51,998 nucleotides of DNA from Thermoplasmata archaeon (GTDB taxonomy: Archaea > Thermoplasmatota > Thermoplasmata > Thermoplasmatales > Thermoplasmataceae): NCBI GenBank assembly GCA_021817735.1, contig JAKAFX010000001.1, positions 1 to 51,998 on the forward strand, read 5' to 3'. Every line of letters starts with the position of its first letter. Position 1 is the first letter of the stretch. Of this stretch, positions 27,933-37,884 are shown one piece after another. Under the pieces are notes generated by a model. It did no database searches, had not been told where the DNA came from, and worked only from the letters and a program-made list of their open reading frames with translations. The position numbers and the translations under genes are program-made.

Positions 27933-28544
27933 TCATTCAAACCTGACTGAAAACAACACACCTTCTACAGGGGCTCTTTCCCGGGTGTGATGCTTATAGA
28001 TCCGCGGTACATCCAGGGTAACCCTTACCATATGCTCGATTCTGCCAATTTTCTGGTAAAGTTTCTCCAGATAGTCAATCGACTTGAGATTATGAATTGC
28101 ATAGAGGTATTGTGCTGACTCTGCAGCCTTCATTATGAACTCTCTATCCAACCTGGAAGTTGAATCTCCCCATGGTGGATTCATCAGAACCGTGTCGAAC
28201 TTTTCCGTGATGGTGCCGATCTCTGCAAGCACAGCATCAACATTCATTCCTGCCGTGTTCGCCCTTGTCAGGTTAACCATGTCCGGATCGCTGTCATATG
28301 CAGTGACCCTGCTGGCTCCAAGCAGGATGGCACCTACTGCAAGAATTCCGTTTCCTGTTCCAAAATCCGCTACGCTCTTTCCGGAAATGTTGCCGTCTGT
28401 GAACGCCATATGGCACAACCTGGCTGCAATTCCCGGTGTCGTAGGGTACTGCCCCAATGAAAATTTGTAAGTCGAAGGAAATTTCAACTTCGACAATGTA
28501 ATTTCGATTTGCTTGAGCGATGGAGTTACAGTGTTCAAACTCAC
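27933..28544 (-). CDS. METTL5-like rRNA N6-adenine methyltransferase (GTG start overlapping the upstream stop, GTGA)
   Basis: LGQYPTTPGIAA, SAM motif VADFGTGNGIL, FDTVLMNPPWG, and a C-terminal DVPRIYKHH...VLFSVRF collinear with METTL5 as I recall it. The 5' extension of the ORF to 28664 overlaps another gene out of frame. Confidence 0.85.
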   Translation of the reverse strand: MSLNTVTPSLKQIEITLSKLKFPSTYKFSLGQYPTTPGIAARLCHMAFTDGNISGKSVADFGTGNGILAVGAILLGASRVTAYDSDPDMVNLTRANTAGMNVDAVLAEIGTITEKFDTVLMNPPWGDSTSRLDREFIMKAAESAQYLYAIHNLKSIDYLEKLYQKIGRIEHMVRVTLDVPRIYKHHTRERAPVEGVLFSVRFE

Positions 28545-28852
28545 TGACTGGAGCCCATCGAAATCATAACTATTTCGCTGGCCAGTTTGTGTGCCCTGGC
28601 AGGGTTCTCTCCCCTTTCCTGCAGGAGCTTCTCTATCCTCTTGACTGCCCTGTATCTCTTCCATGTACCTTGTTCGTGAGCAGCAAGAACCACGTAGGAG
28701 GCTATCTCCCTGTCAACATTTATTCCAAATCTTTCCTTCAGCTTGATCTGCCACACTGGTATCAGGATATCAGGTATGGAACCGAGACTGGCGGACCTTC
28801 TCTTCTCGTATATAATCCTGTCAATCTGGTCCCGCCTCCTGGAGCTTGCCAT
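28541..28852 (-). CDS. conserved-looking hypothetical protein, 103 aa, translationally coupled to the methyltransferase
   Basis: ATG start. Helical, basic, no Cys (MASSRRRDQIDRIIYEKRR...KRIEKLLQERGENPARAHKLASEIV). Its TGA stop shares 'GTGA' with the downstream start. Confidence 0.55.
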   Translation of the reverse strand: MASSRRRDQIDRIIYEKRRSASLGSIPDILIPVWQIKLKERFGINVDREIASYVVLAAHEQGTWKRYRAVKRIEKLLQERGENPARAHKLASEIVMISMGSSQ

Positions 28853-28919
28853 TGATACACATTAGCAAATGCATGGACTTAAAGATTTTGCAGACTAGGA
28901 AAAAATGTATTTGGCGCGG

Positions 28920-29828
28920 CTAAAACTTGAGCAGTTTCAGCAACAGCGCCTTCTCAGTGTGTAGCCTGTTCTCTGCTTCGTCGAAAACAAAACTCTGGCC
29001 TCCGTCTATTACCTCAGCAGAGACTTCGAGTCCTCTGTGTGCTGGCAGACAGTGAAGGAACATGGCAGTTGGGCTGGCCTTCCTCATCAGAGCGGGGGTA
29101 ATCTGAAATCCGGAGAAGGCCTTCTCCTTCTTTTCCTTCTCTTTCTCTTCTCCCATGGAGATCCACACATCGGTGTAAACAACGTCAGCTTCAGTTACTG
29201 CCACTGAGGGATCATTTGATATCTCTATTTTTGCAGAGGTAGACAGTGACCTTGCCTTGGAAACAAACTCATCCTTTGGCTCATACCCCTTCGGAGTTGC
29301 TATGGTTACATTCACTCCTGAAACTGCACCTGCCATCATCAGGGAATTTGCGACATTGTTCCCGTCACCGATATACACCAGCTTTAGGCCCTTTAGTCTA
29401 CCCTTCCTTTCAAGGACTGTCATGAAATCCGCAAGCATCTGCACTGGGTGTTCCACGTTGTCTAAGGCATTTATGACTGGAACCGAGGCATTGAGGGCGA
29501 GTTCCCTTACATTGGCATTCTCAAAGGCACGGTAGGCAATCACATCCACAAATCTAGAAAGGACTTTTGCCGTATCAGATATGGTCTCTCCACGTCCCAT
29601 CTGCAGATCATTGGGGTTAAGATAAATGGAATGACCACCCAGCTGCCTCATGGCTACTTCGAAAGAAACCCTTGTTCTAGTGCTGGGCTTTTCGAAGATC
29701 AACGCAAGGACACGGTTTTTGGCATCCTCGTAGGAGTCGTACCTTCCTCTCTTCAGTTTGAGCGCAAGTTCAATGATGTCTGTGAAGTCCTCTTTCATGT
29801 CAGCTACTGAAATTATGTCTCTCTTCAT
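28920..29828 (-). CDS. argF: ornithine carbamoyltransferase
   Basis: FEKPSTRTRVSFE, HPVQMLAD, HCLPAHRG. 302 aa. Confidence 0.93.
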   Translation of the reverse strand: MKRDIISVADMKEDFTDIIELALKLKRGRYDSYEDAKNRVLALIFEKPSTRTRVSFEVAMRQLGGHSIYLNPNDLQMGRGETISDTAKVLSRFVDVIAYRAFENANVRELALNASVPVINALDNVEHPVQMLADFMTVLERKGRLKGLKLVYIGDGNNVANSLMMAGAVSGVNVTIATPKGYEPKDEFVSKARSLSTSAKIEISNDPSVAVTEADVVYTDVWISMGEEKEKEKKEKAFSGFQITPALMRKASPTAMFLHCLPAHRGLEVSAEVIDGGQSFVFDEAENRLHTEKALLLKLLKF

Positions 29829-29832
29829 GATA

Positions 29833-30687
29833 TCACTTCAGGAGTTTGGGAATGTCTGTGGGGAAGTCAGCGACTTGGACTCCAGCCGAATTGAACGCCT
29901 TTATCTTCGACTCTGCGGTTCCTGAACCTTTCTCTATGATGGCTCCGGCATGTCCCATCCTCTTTCCAGGGGGAGCGCTTCGTCCGGCTATATAAGCAAC
30001 AACTTTTTTCTTGACATTGTGCTTAATGTAGTCTGCAGCCATCTCCTCATTGACTCCGCCTATTTCACCCACCAGGACAATCTTTTTGGTATCAGGATCA
30101 TCATTGAACACCTTCAAGACATCTATGAAAGTAAGCCCAACAACTGGATCCCCACCAAGCCCTATCACGGTGCTCTCGCCGTAACCTGAATTTGTGAGTG
30201 CTCCGACAATTTCATAGGTCAGGGTTCCGCTCCTGGAGGCAACCGCCACGTCACCCCTTTTGAATATATGGTTAGGCATTATGCCGATCTTGCACATGCC
30301 AGGTCTGGTAATTCCAGGTCCGTTGGGTCCGATAAGGGTTATGTTCTTACGGGATGCCTCGTAGAAGATCTCCATGGTGTCGTGAAATGGCACATGCTCT
30401 GTAAGTATGTAAATGAGCCTGATTCCCGAGTCTATGGCCTCAAATGCAGCATCCTTGACATATGGTGCTGGCACCGAGATCATGGATGCATTGGGCGCCA
30501 GGTGCATCGTATCCGCCACAGTGTCGTAAATCTGAACGCCGTTGACCTTTTCACTGGACTTTCCAGGAGAAATTCCTGCAACCACCTTGGTTCCAAACTT
30601 GATCATCTCTCCAGAATGGAATTTACCCTGATGTCCGGTTATTCCCTGAACTATCACCTTCGTGTTTGCGTCTACGTAGTTATTCAT
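29833..30687 (-). CDS. sucD: succinyl-CoA synthetase subunit alpha
   Basis: VQGITGHQG, SRSGTLTYE, phosphohistidine loop MGHAGAII. Confidence 0.95.
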   Translation of the reverse strand: MNNYVDANTKVIVQGITGHQGKFHSGEMIKFGTKVVAGISPGKSSEKVNGVQIYDTVADTMHLAPNASMISVPAPYVKDAAFEAIDSGIRLIYILTEHVPFHDTMEIFYEASRKNITLIGPNGPGITRPGMCKIGIMPNHIFKRGDVAVASRSGTLTYEIVGALTNSGYGESTVIGLGGDPVVGLTFIDVLKVFNDDPDTKKIVLVGEIGGVNEEMAADYIKHNVKKKVVAYIAGRSAPPGKRMGHAGAIIEKGSGTAESKIKAFNSAGVQVADFPTDIPKLLK

Positions 30688-31793
30688 CAGTTACCACCTT
30701 CTCTCTTTACAGCAGCCTCAATTGCGCTCATCATGTCCGAGAACGCATCTACTCCGTTCTGTTTCAGGATTTCACGACCTTCAACTTCGTGTATACCGCT
30801 GAGCCTGACCACAATGGGCTGCTTTATCCCATATTTCTTCTTTGCTTCCACGATTCCGTTTGCAACAGTATCACATTTTGTGACGCCACCGAAGATGTTA
30901 ACCAGTATTGTCTTGGGGTTTGCTTTCAGGACCAGGTCAAACGCATCTATGACGATGTCAACAGAGTCGGTGCCTCCTAAGTCCAGGAAATTCCTAGGCT
31001 TCCCCTTGTGAAGGGTGAGGGCATCAAGTGTCGCCATTGTTAGTCCAGCTCCGTTTGCGATTACCCCTATATCGCCCTGCAGCTCGACAAAACTGTATCC
31101 CCTGCCGTTGGCCTCAAGTTCCAACGGGGTTTTTTCTGGATCAGTAACGTTAAACTCCTTGTGTCTGAACAGCGAGTCAGAGTCGATGACAACCTTTGCA
31201 TCTGCGGCAATGAGTTTTCCGTCACCAGTAACCACGAGAGGATTGATTTCCACCAACTCGCAGTCGTACTTATTGAAGATGGAATACAATTTACCTAGCA
31301 GGGATCTGAACTGTGGGGCTATTGCAGGATCCAAGTTCATGAACTTGATCGCTTCCTTCGCGATATAGTCAGAATAACCCATTAGTGGATCTATCAGCCG
31401 CAGGAAAATCTTCTCGTGAGGCAATGACTCGATTTCAACGCCGCCCTCAGTGGTCGCCATAAGCATAGGCTTTCTTTCAGTCCTGTTCAATGAGAAGCTC
31501 ACATACATTTCCTTCTTGATATCGATCATTTCCTCGACAAGCAACTTGGTTACTTTGAGTCCACGCACTTCGGATCCAAGCAGTGAATCGATTGCTGGTC
31601 TAAGGTCGCCTTCAGACTTCACAAATTTAATGCCGCCAGACTTTCCTCTTCCTCCCAAAAGTATCTGGGACTTCACAACAACTGGCTTCTCATATTTTCT
31701 AACATCCTCCTTCTTCTCGACCAAATATCCATCTGGAACAGGGATACCGTTTGCCCGGAAGATATCCTTCCCAAGGTATTCATAGAGATTCAA
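30687..31793 (-). CDS. sucC: succinyl-CoA synthetase subunit beta (probable TTG start)
   Basis: ATP-grasp N-terminus (M)NLYEYLGKDIF, GGRGKSGGIKF, NPL, GGxxD. The ORF opens at 31889, but the conserved N-terminus begins at TTG 31793. Its stop overlaps the sucD start by 1 nt. Confidence 0.92.
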   Translation of the reverse strand: MNLYEYLGKDIFRANGIPVPDGYLVEKKEDVRKYEKPVVVKSQILLGGRGKSGGIKFVKSEGDLRPAIDSLLGSEVRGLKVTKLLVEEMIDIKKEMYVSFSLNRTERKPMLMATTEGGVEIESLPHEKIFLRLIDPLMGYSDYIAKEAIKFMNLDPAIAPQFRSLLGKLYSIFNKYDCELVEINPLVVTGDGKLIAADAKVVIDSDSLFRHKEFNVTDPEKTPLELEANGRGYSFVELQGDIGVIANGAGLTMATLDALTLHKGKPRNFLDLGGTDSVDIVIDAFDLVLKANPKTILVNIFGGVTKCDTVANGIVEAKKKYGIKQPIVVRLSGIHEVEGREILKQNGVDAFSDMMSAIEAAVKREGGN

Positions 31794-31895
31794 TGAAACA
31801 CCACGGACTGGGATTGTAAGTCTCAATAAGAATGTTTGGCGCAGGCGATTGATAAAAGAAAGCCTGCCTGCCGCACATCGCGGCGACACGCAGGC

Positions 31896-31931
31896 TACAA
31901 AAAACAGGAACCCGAAAAATGTGGAATGCCC
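31896..31931 (-). terminator. oligo-T terminator candidate after the thermosome gene
   Basis: On the transcribed strand, CATTTTTCGGGTTCCTGTTTTTTGTAGC lies immediately after the stop. Confidence 0.4.
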
Positions 31932-33563
31932 TCAGTAGGGCATTTCTCCGCCCATGCCGCCCATTCCACCGGCTGGTGGTCCAGACGGGGCACTCTTCCT
32001 GGAGGCTATGACATCATCGATCCTGAGGATCATTGTTGCTACCTCAACTGCGGACTCAAGAGCATGCCTCTTGACTCTAAGCGGGTCATAGACACCAGCT
32101 GAAGCCATATCGACGATTGCATTCTCGCTTAGCCCTATTCCAAAGGTAGTGTTTCCCTTCTCGTGGCTTGCCTTGAGCTTGATCAGCGTGTTTATAGGAT
32201 CCATGCCAGAGTTCTCTGCCAGAGTCCGTGGAACTACTTCCAGAGTCTTGGCAAAAGCCTCTATTGCAAGCTGCTCCCTTCCACCCACGGTATTTGCGAA
32301 GCTCCTTATCTTCATGGATAGCTCCGCTTCAATTGCCCCTCCGCCTGGAAGGTACCTTCCGTCTTCCTTGGTTATGGCAGCAACTCTTATGGCATCATTC
32401 AAGCTCCTTTCTATCTCGGATACGACATGGTCGGTGGCACCTCTAATGAGTATGCTTACGGCCTTGGGGTTAGCACAGCCGGTAATGAAGGTCATCCTGT
32501 CATCACCGATCTTTCTCTCCTCCACCTTCTCAGCCTTTCCTAGAGCCTTATCATTGAGGTCGTCCAGTTCTGTCACTATCTTGGCACCCGTGGCTTTTAC
32601 CAGCTTTTCCATATCGCTCTTCTTGACTCTTCGTACTGCGTATATGCCTTCCTTTGCCAGGAAGTGCTGGGCCAAGTCATCTATTCCCTTCTGGCAAAGA
32701 ACCACATTCGCGCCGCTGACCTTGATCTTGTCAACCATCTTCTTGAAAGTGTCAGATTCCTGAGACATAAAGTCCTGGATTCTGGATGGGTCCGTGATCT
32801 GGACTTTTGCCTCGATCTCCGTTTTCTTGATTTCCAAGGCAGAGTCGATCAGAGCTATCTTTGCACCCTTAACCAGTGAAGGCATCTTGGGGTGCACCTT
32901 TTCCTTGTCTATCACAAGGCCGGTCACAAGTCCTGTGTCAGTTACGCTTCCACCGTTCTTCTTGTCCACCTTGATGTTCGATGGGTCGACGGTGATCTTC
33001 CCGTTTCTCTCCTCTGCAACTGCATTCACTGCCCTGACCACAAGATCTGCAAGAAAATCGTATGCAATCCCTGTGTTCTTGCCAGAAAGTGCAGTAAGGG
33101 CGACATTTCTAAGGGTCTTATCGTCTGAAGCGCTAATTGACAATGTATCTAGGAGCTTCTTAGCCTCATTCATTGCAATACGGTATCCGTTTGCAATAAC
33201 AGTGGAATGAACCCCCTGTTCAAGCAGGAATTCTGCCTGCTTCAGGAACTCCCCTGCAAGTATAACTGCGGTGGTCGTTCCATCGCCAACAGAGACATCC
33301 TGTGCCTTTGCGACTTCAACAATCATCTTTGCAGTGGGGTGGTCGACATCCATTTCCTTCAGGATAGTTGCCCCGTCATTTGAAATGACGATATCGCCAA
33401 TTGAGTCAACTAGCATCTTATCCATGCCCTTTGGCCCAAGGGTTGTCCTTACTGCATCAGCGATTGCCTTTGCCGCTTCGATATTGGCTTTCTGTGCATC
33501 TTTTCCCTGTTCTCTCTTTGTTCCTTCCTTAAGAATAAGGATAGGCATCTGTCCTCCTAGCAT
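31932..33563 (-). CDS. ths: thermosome subunit (group II chaperonin)
   Basis: [24 protein letters not shown]-terminal GGMGGMGG tail. High similarity to the Thermoplasma thermosome as I recall it. GAGGTG lies about 10 nt upstream of the ATG. Confidence 0.97.
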   Translation of the reverse strand: MLGGQMPILILKEGTKREQGKDAQKANIEAAKAIADAVRTTLGPKGMDKMLVDSIGDIVISNDGATILKEMDVDHPTAKMIVEVAKAQDVSVGDGTTTAVILAGEFLKQAEFLLEQGVHSTVIANGYRIAMNEAKKLLDTLSISASDDKTLRNVALTALSGKNTGIAYDFLADLVVRAVNAVAEERNGKITVDPSNIKVDKKNGGSVTDTGLVTGLVIDKEKVHPKMPSLVKGAKIALIDSALEIKKTEIEAKVQITDPSRIQDFMSQESDTFKKMVDKIKVSGANVVLCQKGIDDLAQHFLAKEGIYAVRRVKKSDMEKLVKATGAKIVTELDDLNDKALGKAEKVEERKIGDDRMTFITGCANPKAVSILIRGATDHVVSEIERSLNDAIRVAAITKEDGRYLPGGGAIEAELSMKIRSFANTVGGREQLAIEAFAKTLEVVPRTLAENSGMDPINTLIKLKASHEKGNTTFGIGLSENAIVDMASAGVYDPLRVKRHALESAVEVATMILRIDDVIASRKSAPSGPPAGGMGGMGGEMPY

Positions 33564-33602
33564 TTAATTTGACACCTCGGTCGATTGTGTAAGTTAGGAC
33601 TT

Positions 33603-33612
33603 CTATATAAAC
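33603..33612 (-). promoter_or_regulatory. TATA-like box for the thermosome gene
   Basis: TTTATATAG on the minus strand, about 45 nt upstream of the ATG. This implies a short leader carrying the SD-like GAGGTG. Confidence 0.35.
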
Positions 33613-33799
33613 GTTGTTTTTGTAACCATACCCATCCAGGCTCAAAAACCCCTTATAATAAGCCTTACGCTTATGATTGACCAGTCGAGGCATACTTATA
33701 ACATATCCTAGTTTTCCAGGAAACTTTGAGGGGCATCGCAAGGCACCAGAAATATCGCAAATCATGGAAAGCGGCTAAAAGACGGTCACCTGTAACTAG

Positions 33800-33810
33800 T
33801 TTATATATAA
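33800..33810 (+). promoter_or_regulatory. TATA-like box for the 33831 ORF (leaderless spacing)
   Basis: TTTATATATAA centred about 26 nt upstream of ATG 33831. Confidence 0.35.
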
Positions 33811-33830
33811 GTCGTTGATATTACTACTTG

Positions 33831-34724
33831 ATGTTAATCGAAGACATGAATAAGCTCCTGGACAAGAGAACTGTCATCTCATATTTCACCAACGAGCCTT
33901 CCTTGGAAGAAGTGCTGACCGACGAGAGGATTGCCGTTGCAAAGATACGGATAACGAAGGACGGAGGACTCATTATTATCAACTGGGTGAAAGATATGGA
34001 AGCTGGAGGCGAAGGAAAAGCTTCAGCGATAACAATAGATCTTAAGGGAACCAAGACCCTTGAGTTCTTCACCAATCTAATCAAGATACATTCTGTTGTA
34101 GTAGACGGGATTCTGCTGAGTACAGCGATCGTCAGTTTTAGCTTCAGATACCATCACAACGATCATCAGCATGTCTCAGACCTAATCTCGAAGTATGGCA
34201 AGGAACTGGCAGGTTTTGCCGTCCCTTATATGGGTCCATCCACCGGGTTAATTAACTCACTGAAGGAGATTTCCTTTGACGTTCCTCTTCATTATATGGA
34301 GGTGGTATGTACGGTTCCGCCCAATATAATGAACATCAGCAAAGACAATGTCATAATGACATTCGGCAATAACTGGCTGAGGGAAGTCAAATATCTCCTT
34401 GGAGAGGAGACTCATGCCGTGTATTATGAGCGGAATGAGGTTCTGAGGGAGGATCTCAAGACCACTGAGATTTCCAGATCCGAAAAAATCTATGAGACCA
34501 CATTTGACAATCCCATCATAACTTTCTTTTACGAGGAATGCACAAGGAAATCCATAGCGCCTCTTGGGATGGGGCAGAGACTAAATGGAAGAACGTTCTC
34601 GTATTACGTGATCGTACCTGAATTCCACCTGTCCGAGTTTACTTCCATAATGCTGGAGGCATTCCAGAAGATGAAAGACTGGAAAATGAACCTTCAGTAT
34701 AGCAGCGATGTTTCATCTCTGTAA
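33831..34724 (+). CDS. hypothetical protein
   Basis: 297-aa ORF from ATG 33831 (the track opens at TTG 33828). Coding-like composition. No motif recognised. Confidence 0.55.
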   Translation: MLIEDMNKLLDKRTVISYFTNEPSLEEVLTDERIAVAKIRITKDGGLIIINWVKDMEAGGEGKASAITIDLKGTKTLEFFTNLIKIHSVVVDGILLSTAIVSFSFRYHHNDHQHVSDLISKYGKELAGFAVPYMGPSTGLINSLKEISFDVPLHYMEVVCTVPPNIMNISKDNVIMTFGNNWLREVKYLLGEETHAVYYERNEVLREDLKTTEISRSEKIYETTFDNPIITFFYEECTRKSIAPLGMGQRLNGRTFSYYVIVPEFHLSEFTSIMLEAFQKMKDWKMNLQYSSDVSSL

Positions 34725-34735
34725 GCCTATCAAAC

Positions 34736-36331
34736 TCAGGGGCCGCTTAGCCGGTCTTCCTTTCTAATTTCAGCACCAAGCCTTCCAAGGGGATAGTCGT
34801 TGGGATCGACAAACCGGACGATGCGAGAAAGCCGGGGATGGCGTGATGTTAACTCTTTGTAAAGTTCATTGGCGATCTTCCTTATCTCGAAATGTGCCGC
34901 ACTGCCGGATCGTAACTCCATGAAATAAGTCATCTCCCTAAGATCTATTTTGAACAATATTTTCTGGTAGAAGGCAAATGGGACTACATATTGTGCCCTA
35001 GTAATCCCAGCTTCAGGAAAAATGTCCTCCCAGAGTTGTTTTGCCCGTTCCATGGTGTCAGAGTATGCCTTCCTCAGTCCAGGGGATTTCATGACACTCT
35101 CGGGAACTATGTATTCGGATAGAGGGTTCACAGGGCGTTTCAAAATTGTCATCATCCGGTGCCTTTGGAAGTCCCGGAGCGTTCCCAGTGAGCAAGTAAC
35201 GGAACATATGTATTCAGGGATTTCAAAAATCCTCCCTGGTTTCTGCCTTCGATTTTCTCTAAGCCCTGCAATGCGGTTGATGTATGAGACAACCTCACTG
35301 TTTTCTGACGATAGTGCATTGCCTGCATCGGTGATTCCTGACTTCAGGAATCCCAGTGCTATTCCCATGGTGTCCAGCACGTCCGACTCATCTTCACATT
35401 TCAGGATTCTGGCTTGTGATTGTTCTTGAGACTCTTTGAAGGTAGTCTCAAGGTGATCTCTGGCCATGTTGAACTCCTGGCTCTCCTTTCCATGCCTGCT
35501 AACAGCGTTGTCTATTAGGTTTGGAAACTCGGTCCTCAGTTCTAAATATAGACTTTCAGCGACGTGACTGAGTTCTGGTATCCCCGATGAATTCAACTTC
35601 TGGATCAGGTCAATGTAAGCCCGACCATTGCCCGAGACTCCAAGGTTTGTGAGCGTGGAGAATGGAAGGCAAAACCGGGCATCATCGAGCGCCCTTGCTT
35701 TTATGGCTCTTTCATATGCTTTGCTTGCAGAAGCTATTTTCTTATCGTCACTGAGTTGATCGTATGGAACTATTTTGCCGTCGGCGTCCCTGAAGCTGTA
35801 ACCGCTCACTGGATATGTTGACCTGTAGTAAGAAATAGCCCTGTTCATTACATTTCTGTAAAGCCTGAAGAGGTCATCGCAGATTCCGCTGTATCTGTCC
35901 CAAAATTTTTCCGGAAAACCAGTTCTGGCAGCTTCGAGGTAAAGCCTTGATCCTTCCTGGTACTCCACATACCTCGAGGATTTTTCGAGAAATGATAGTC
36001 CTATCCTCTTTTCCTCCATGGTCCATGTGCAGAGATTGGACACATTCTGAATGGCAACCTGTGCCGTCACAAGCTCGGCGACAGACTCGTCTCCATACTC
36101 AAGAAAAACTTTCCTGTAAAAATCCTCGCCCCTGGTTTCGCTGGCCGAAAATTCTCTGTCATAGACGACCCTGATGTCGAGTTCGGATGTCCTGCTGTAT
36201 CTTGACATCAGAGCTCCCCTGTCTATCATCTTCCTGGTCTTGATTATGAATATATCCTTGTCACGGTTAGAAAACTCTTCCATAATCAGCAAGGGGTCGG
36301 ATAAATTAATAATCTTGCCTGGGCAGGTCAA
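34736..36331 (-). CDS. thyX: long-form ThyX-like flavin-dependent thymidylate synthase (two-lobed, 531 aa)
   Basis: The C-terminal lobe has DFQRHRMMT and FMELRSGSAAHFEIRKIANELY, collinear with the ThyX RHR motif and the ...LR.D..AQ.EI... helix. The N-terminal lobe has only ALMSRYSRTSE, like the S.RYS part of the motif. Confidence 0.65.
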   Translation of the reverse strand: MTCPGKIINLSDPLLIMEEFSNRDKDIFIIKTRKMIDRGALMSRYSRTSELDIRVVYDREFSASETRGEDFYRKVFLEYGDESVAELVTAQVAIQNVSNLCTWTMEEKRIGLSFLEKSSRYVEYQEGSRLYLEAARTGFPEKFWDRYSGICDDLFRLYRNVMNRAISYYRSTYPVSGYSFRDADGKIVPYDQLSDDKKIASASKAYERAIKARALDDARFCLPFSTLTNLGVSGNGRAYIDLIQKLNSSGIPELSHVAESLYLELRTEFPNLIDNAVSRHGKESQEFNMARDHLETTFKESQEQSQARILKCEDESDVLDTMGIALGFLKSGITDAGNALSSENSEVVSYINRIAGLRENRRQKPGRIFEIPEYICSVTCSLGTLRDFQRHRMMTILKRPVNPLSEYIVPESVMKSPGLRKAYSDTMERAKQLWEDIFPEAGITRAQYVVPFAFYQKILFKIDLREMTYFMELRSGSAAHFEIRKIANELYKELTSRHPRLSRIVRFVDPNDYPLGRLGAEIRKEDRLSGP

Positions 36332-37311
36332 GGGGAATTAAGGTATGTCCTCCTGTAATACCTGTAGTATCTTTTCCAGGCTTCATTCATGCTGAAGGAC
36401 TTCAACAAGCTAAGCGCAATCCATCTTGGAATGCTTGGATTCCTGACAGCAAGGTAACACAGTGTTCCCTCAAGGAGGAGGCCCTTTCTCCGCTTCCTTT
36501 TAGGAGAGAAAAAGTTAGCCAGTAGCTCTGCATGGACCATGTTACACCTGACAGCCTCAGCATACCGGTATCTGCCATTATTACTATAGAGGAATACGGC
36601 ACTTTCCATGCTTCCTTCATAGAATTCACGCTTTTGTTGAAGAAAAACCTGCAGGGGAACGTCGAGCGTGGTAAGACTTTCATGAACCCTGTACATTGTG
36701 ACCTCTTGGGATGAGACAATAAGTCTGCTACCTCTTGCAAGCGCGGCGAAGAACAGGTACTTGTCAATTCCTCTAACTATCTGCCAGAATTCGTCCTGTA
36801 TAGATTCAAAGAACTTCTTCGATACACTGATGGCACTTGCATACCAGTCGGCCTTGTACTTGAGTGCCCGTCCAACTGCCCTCAGGGGAAGATCCCCATC
36901 CAGAATGATATCCCGTTCAGGATTTTCATTGACTTTTCTCTCCATCCTTTTACCGGATTCATCCACAGGGATGATGGCATCGTGGAGAAAAGTCAAATTA
37001 GTGTCTCGAAAGTATTCATTAACAATTCTCAGTTTGTCCCGGGAAAACATGTCATCATCATCCAGAAAGCATAAAACATCCCCCCTGGCCTTCTTGAGCC
37101 CGAGGACCATCTTCCTGGCCAGCGACTTCTCCTGGGTATAAATATCCACCACTCCCTTTTCTGTTAGAAACCGATCAATTTCCTGATCGCGAAAGTTTTT
37201 CACCACAATGATCTCAAACCCGTCACTTGGAAATGCCTGATCCAAAACAGACTCTACAGCGCTTCTCATGTACTGCTTCCGGTCGTGCACCGATATTATG
37301 ACTGAGATCAT
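36328..37311 (-). CDS. GT2 family glycosyltransferase
   Basis: ISVIISVHDRKQYMRSAVESVLDQ, EIIVV, DVLCFLDDDDMF (DxD). 4-nt overlap with the downstream thyX-like gene. Confidence 0.85.
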   Translation of the reverse strand: MISVIISVHDRKQYMRSAVESVLDQAFPSDGFEIIVVKNFRDQEIDRFLTEKGVVDIYTQEKSLARKMVLGLKKARGDVLCFLDDDDMFSRDKLRIVNEYFRDTNLTFLHDAIIPVDESGKRMERKVNENPERDIILDGDLPLRAVGRALKYKADWYASAISVSKKFFESIQDEFWQIVRGIDKYLFFAALARGSRLIVSSQEVTMYRVHESLTTLDVPLQVFLQQKREFYEGSMESAVFLYSNNGRYRYAEAVRCNMVHAELLANFFSPKRKRRKGLLLEGTLCYLAVRNPSIPRWIALSLLKSFSMNEAWKRYYRYYRRTYLNSP

Positions 37312-37394
37312 TCCTGTTCACCGGTTTCAGCGAAACACATCAATAAGGAAACAACAGGATAAGTTATCTTGAACACGCCTGGTACTCCCGTCTA

Positions 37395-37862
37395 TTATCG
37401 CACAGTGGTCTCACACCCACTTCTTTTCAGTATAATCGACTTTATCCCTAGTTTCCTGCCGAGCTCTCCCTCTATATCCTCCCTGTCTCCCAGAATGACT
37501 GACCTGTTGAGATCGATATCCATTTCCTTTACTGCCCTGACAATCAGCTCCGTCTTGGGTTTTCTGCAACTACAGTTTTCATCGGGTCTGTGTGGGCAGA
37601 AGTAGGTTGCATCCACATAAACGCCACTCTCTCCTAGGGAGTGTATTACTGCGTCATTGAATTCCCTGAATTCCTTTTCTGTAAAATATCCCCGATTTAT
37701 CCCTGACTGATTGGTTACGATTACGATGAGGAACCCTTTCTCATGGAATTCCTTCAGGATCTCAACGGCATCATTGTAAATCACAAGATCCTCTATTCGG
37801 TGACAGTAAGGGCAATCGCGATTGATTGTGCCGTCACGATCTGTAAAAAGGGCAGGTCTCAA
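37395..37862 (-). CDS. gmhB: D-glycero-D-manno-heptose-1,7-bisphosphate phosphatase-like HAD hydrolase
   Basis: FTDRDGTIN (DxDGT), VTNQSGI, CxHxxxxxCxCRKP Zn-loop pattern (FCPHRPDENCSCRKP), GDRxxD. Confidence 0.8.
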   Translation of the reverse strand: MRPALFTDRDGTINRDCPYCHRIEDLVIYNDAVEILKEFHEKGFLIVIVTNQSGINRGYFTEKEFREFNDAVIHSLGESGVYVDATYFCPHRPDENCSCRKPKTELIVRAVKEMDIDLNRSVILGDREDIEGELGRKLGIKSIILKRSGCETTVR

Positions 37863-37884
37863 TGTCTACCATTATGGGTCGGAG

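Noticed and set aside
27773-27961. 62-aa ORF overlapping tRNA-His, and the 74-aa ORF 16520..16744 overlapping tRNA-Gly.
   Set aside because: The sequence is explained by cloverleaf-folding tRNA genes, so the ORFs are incidental.
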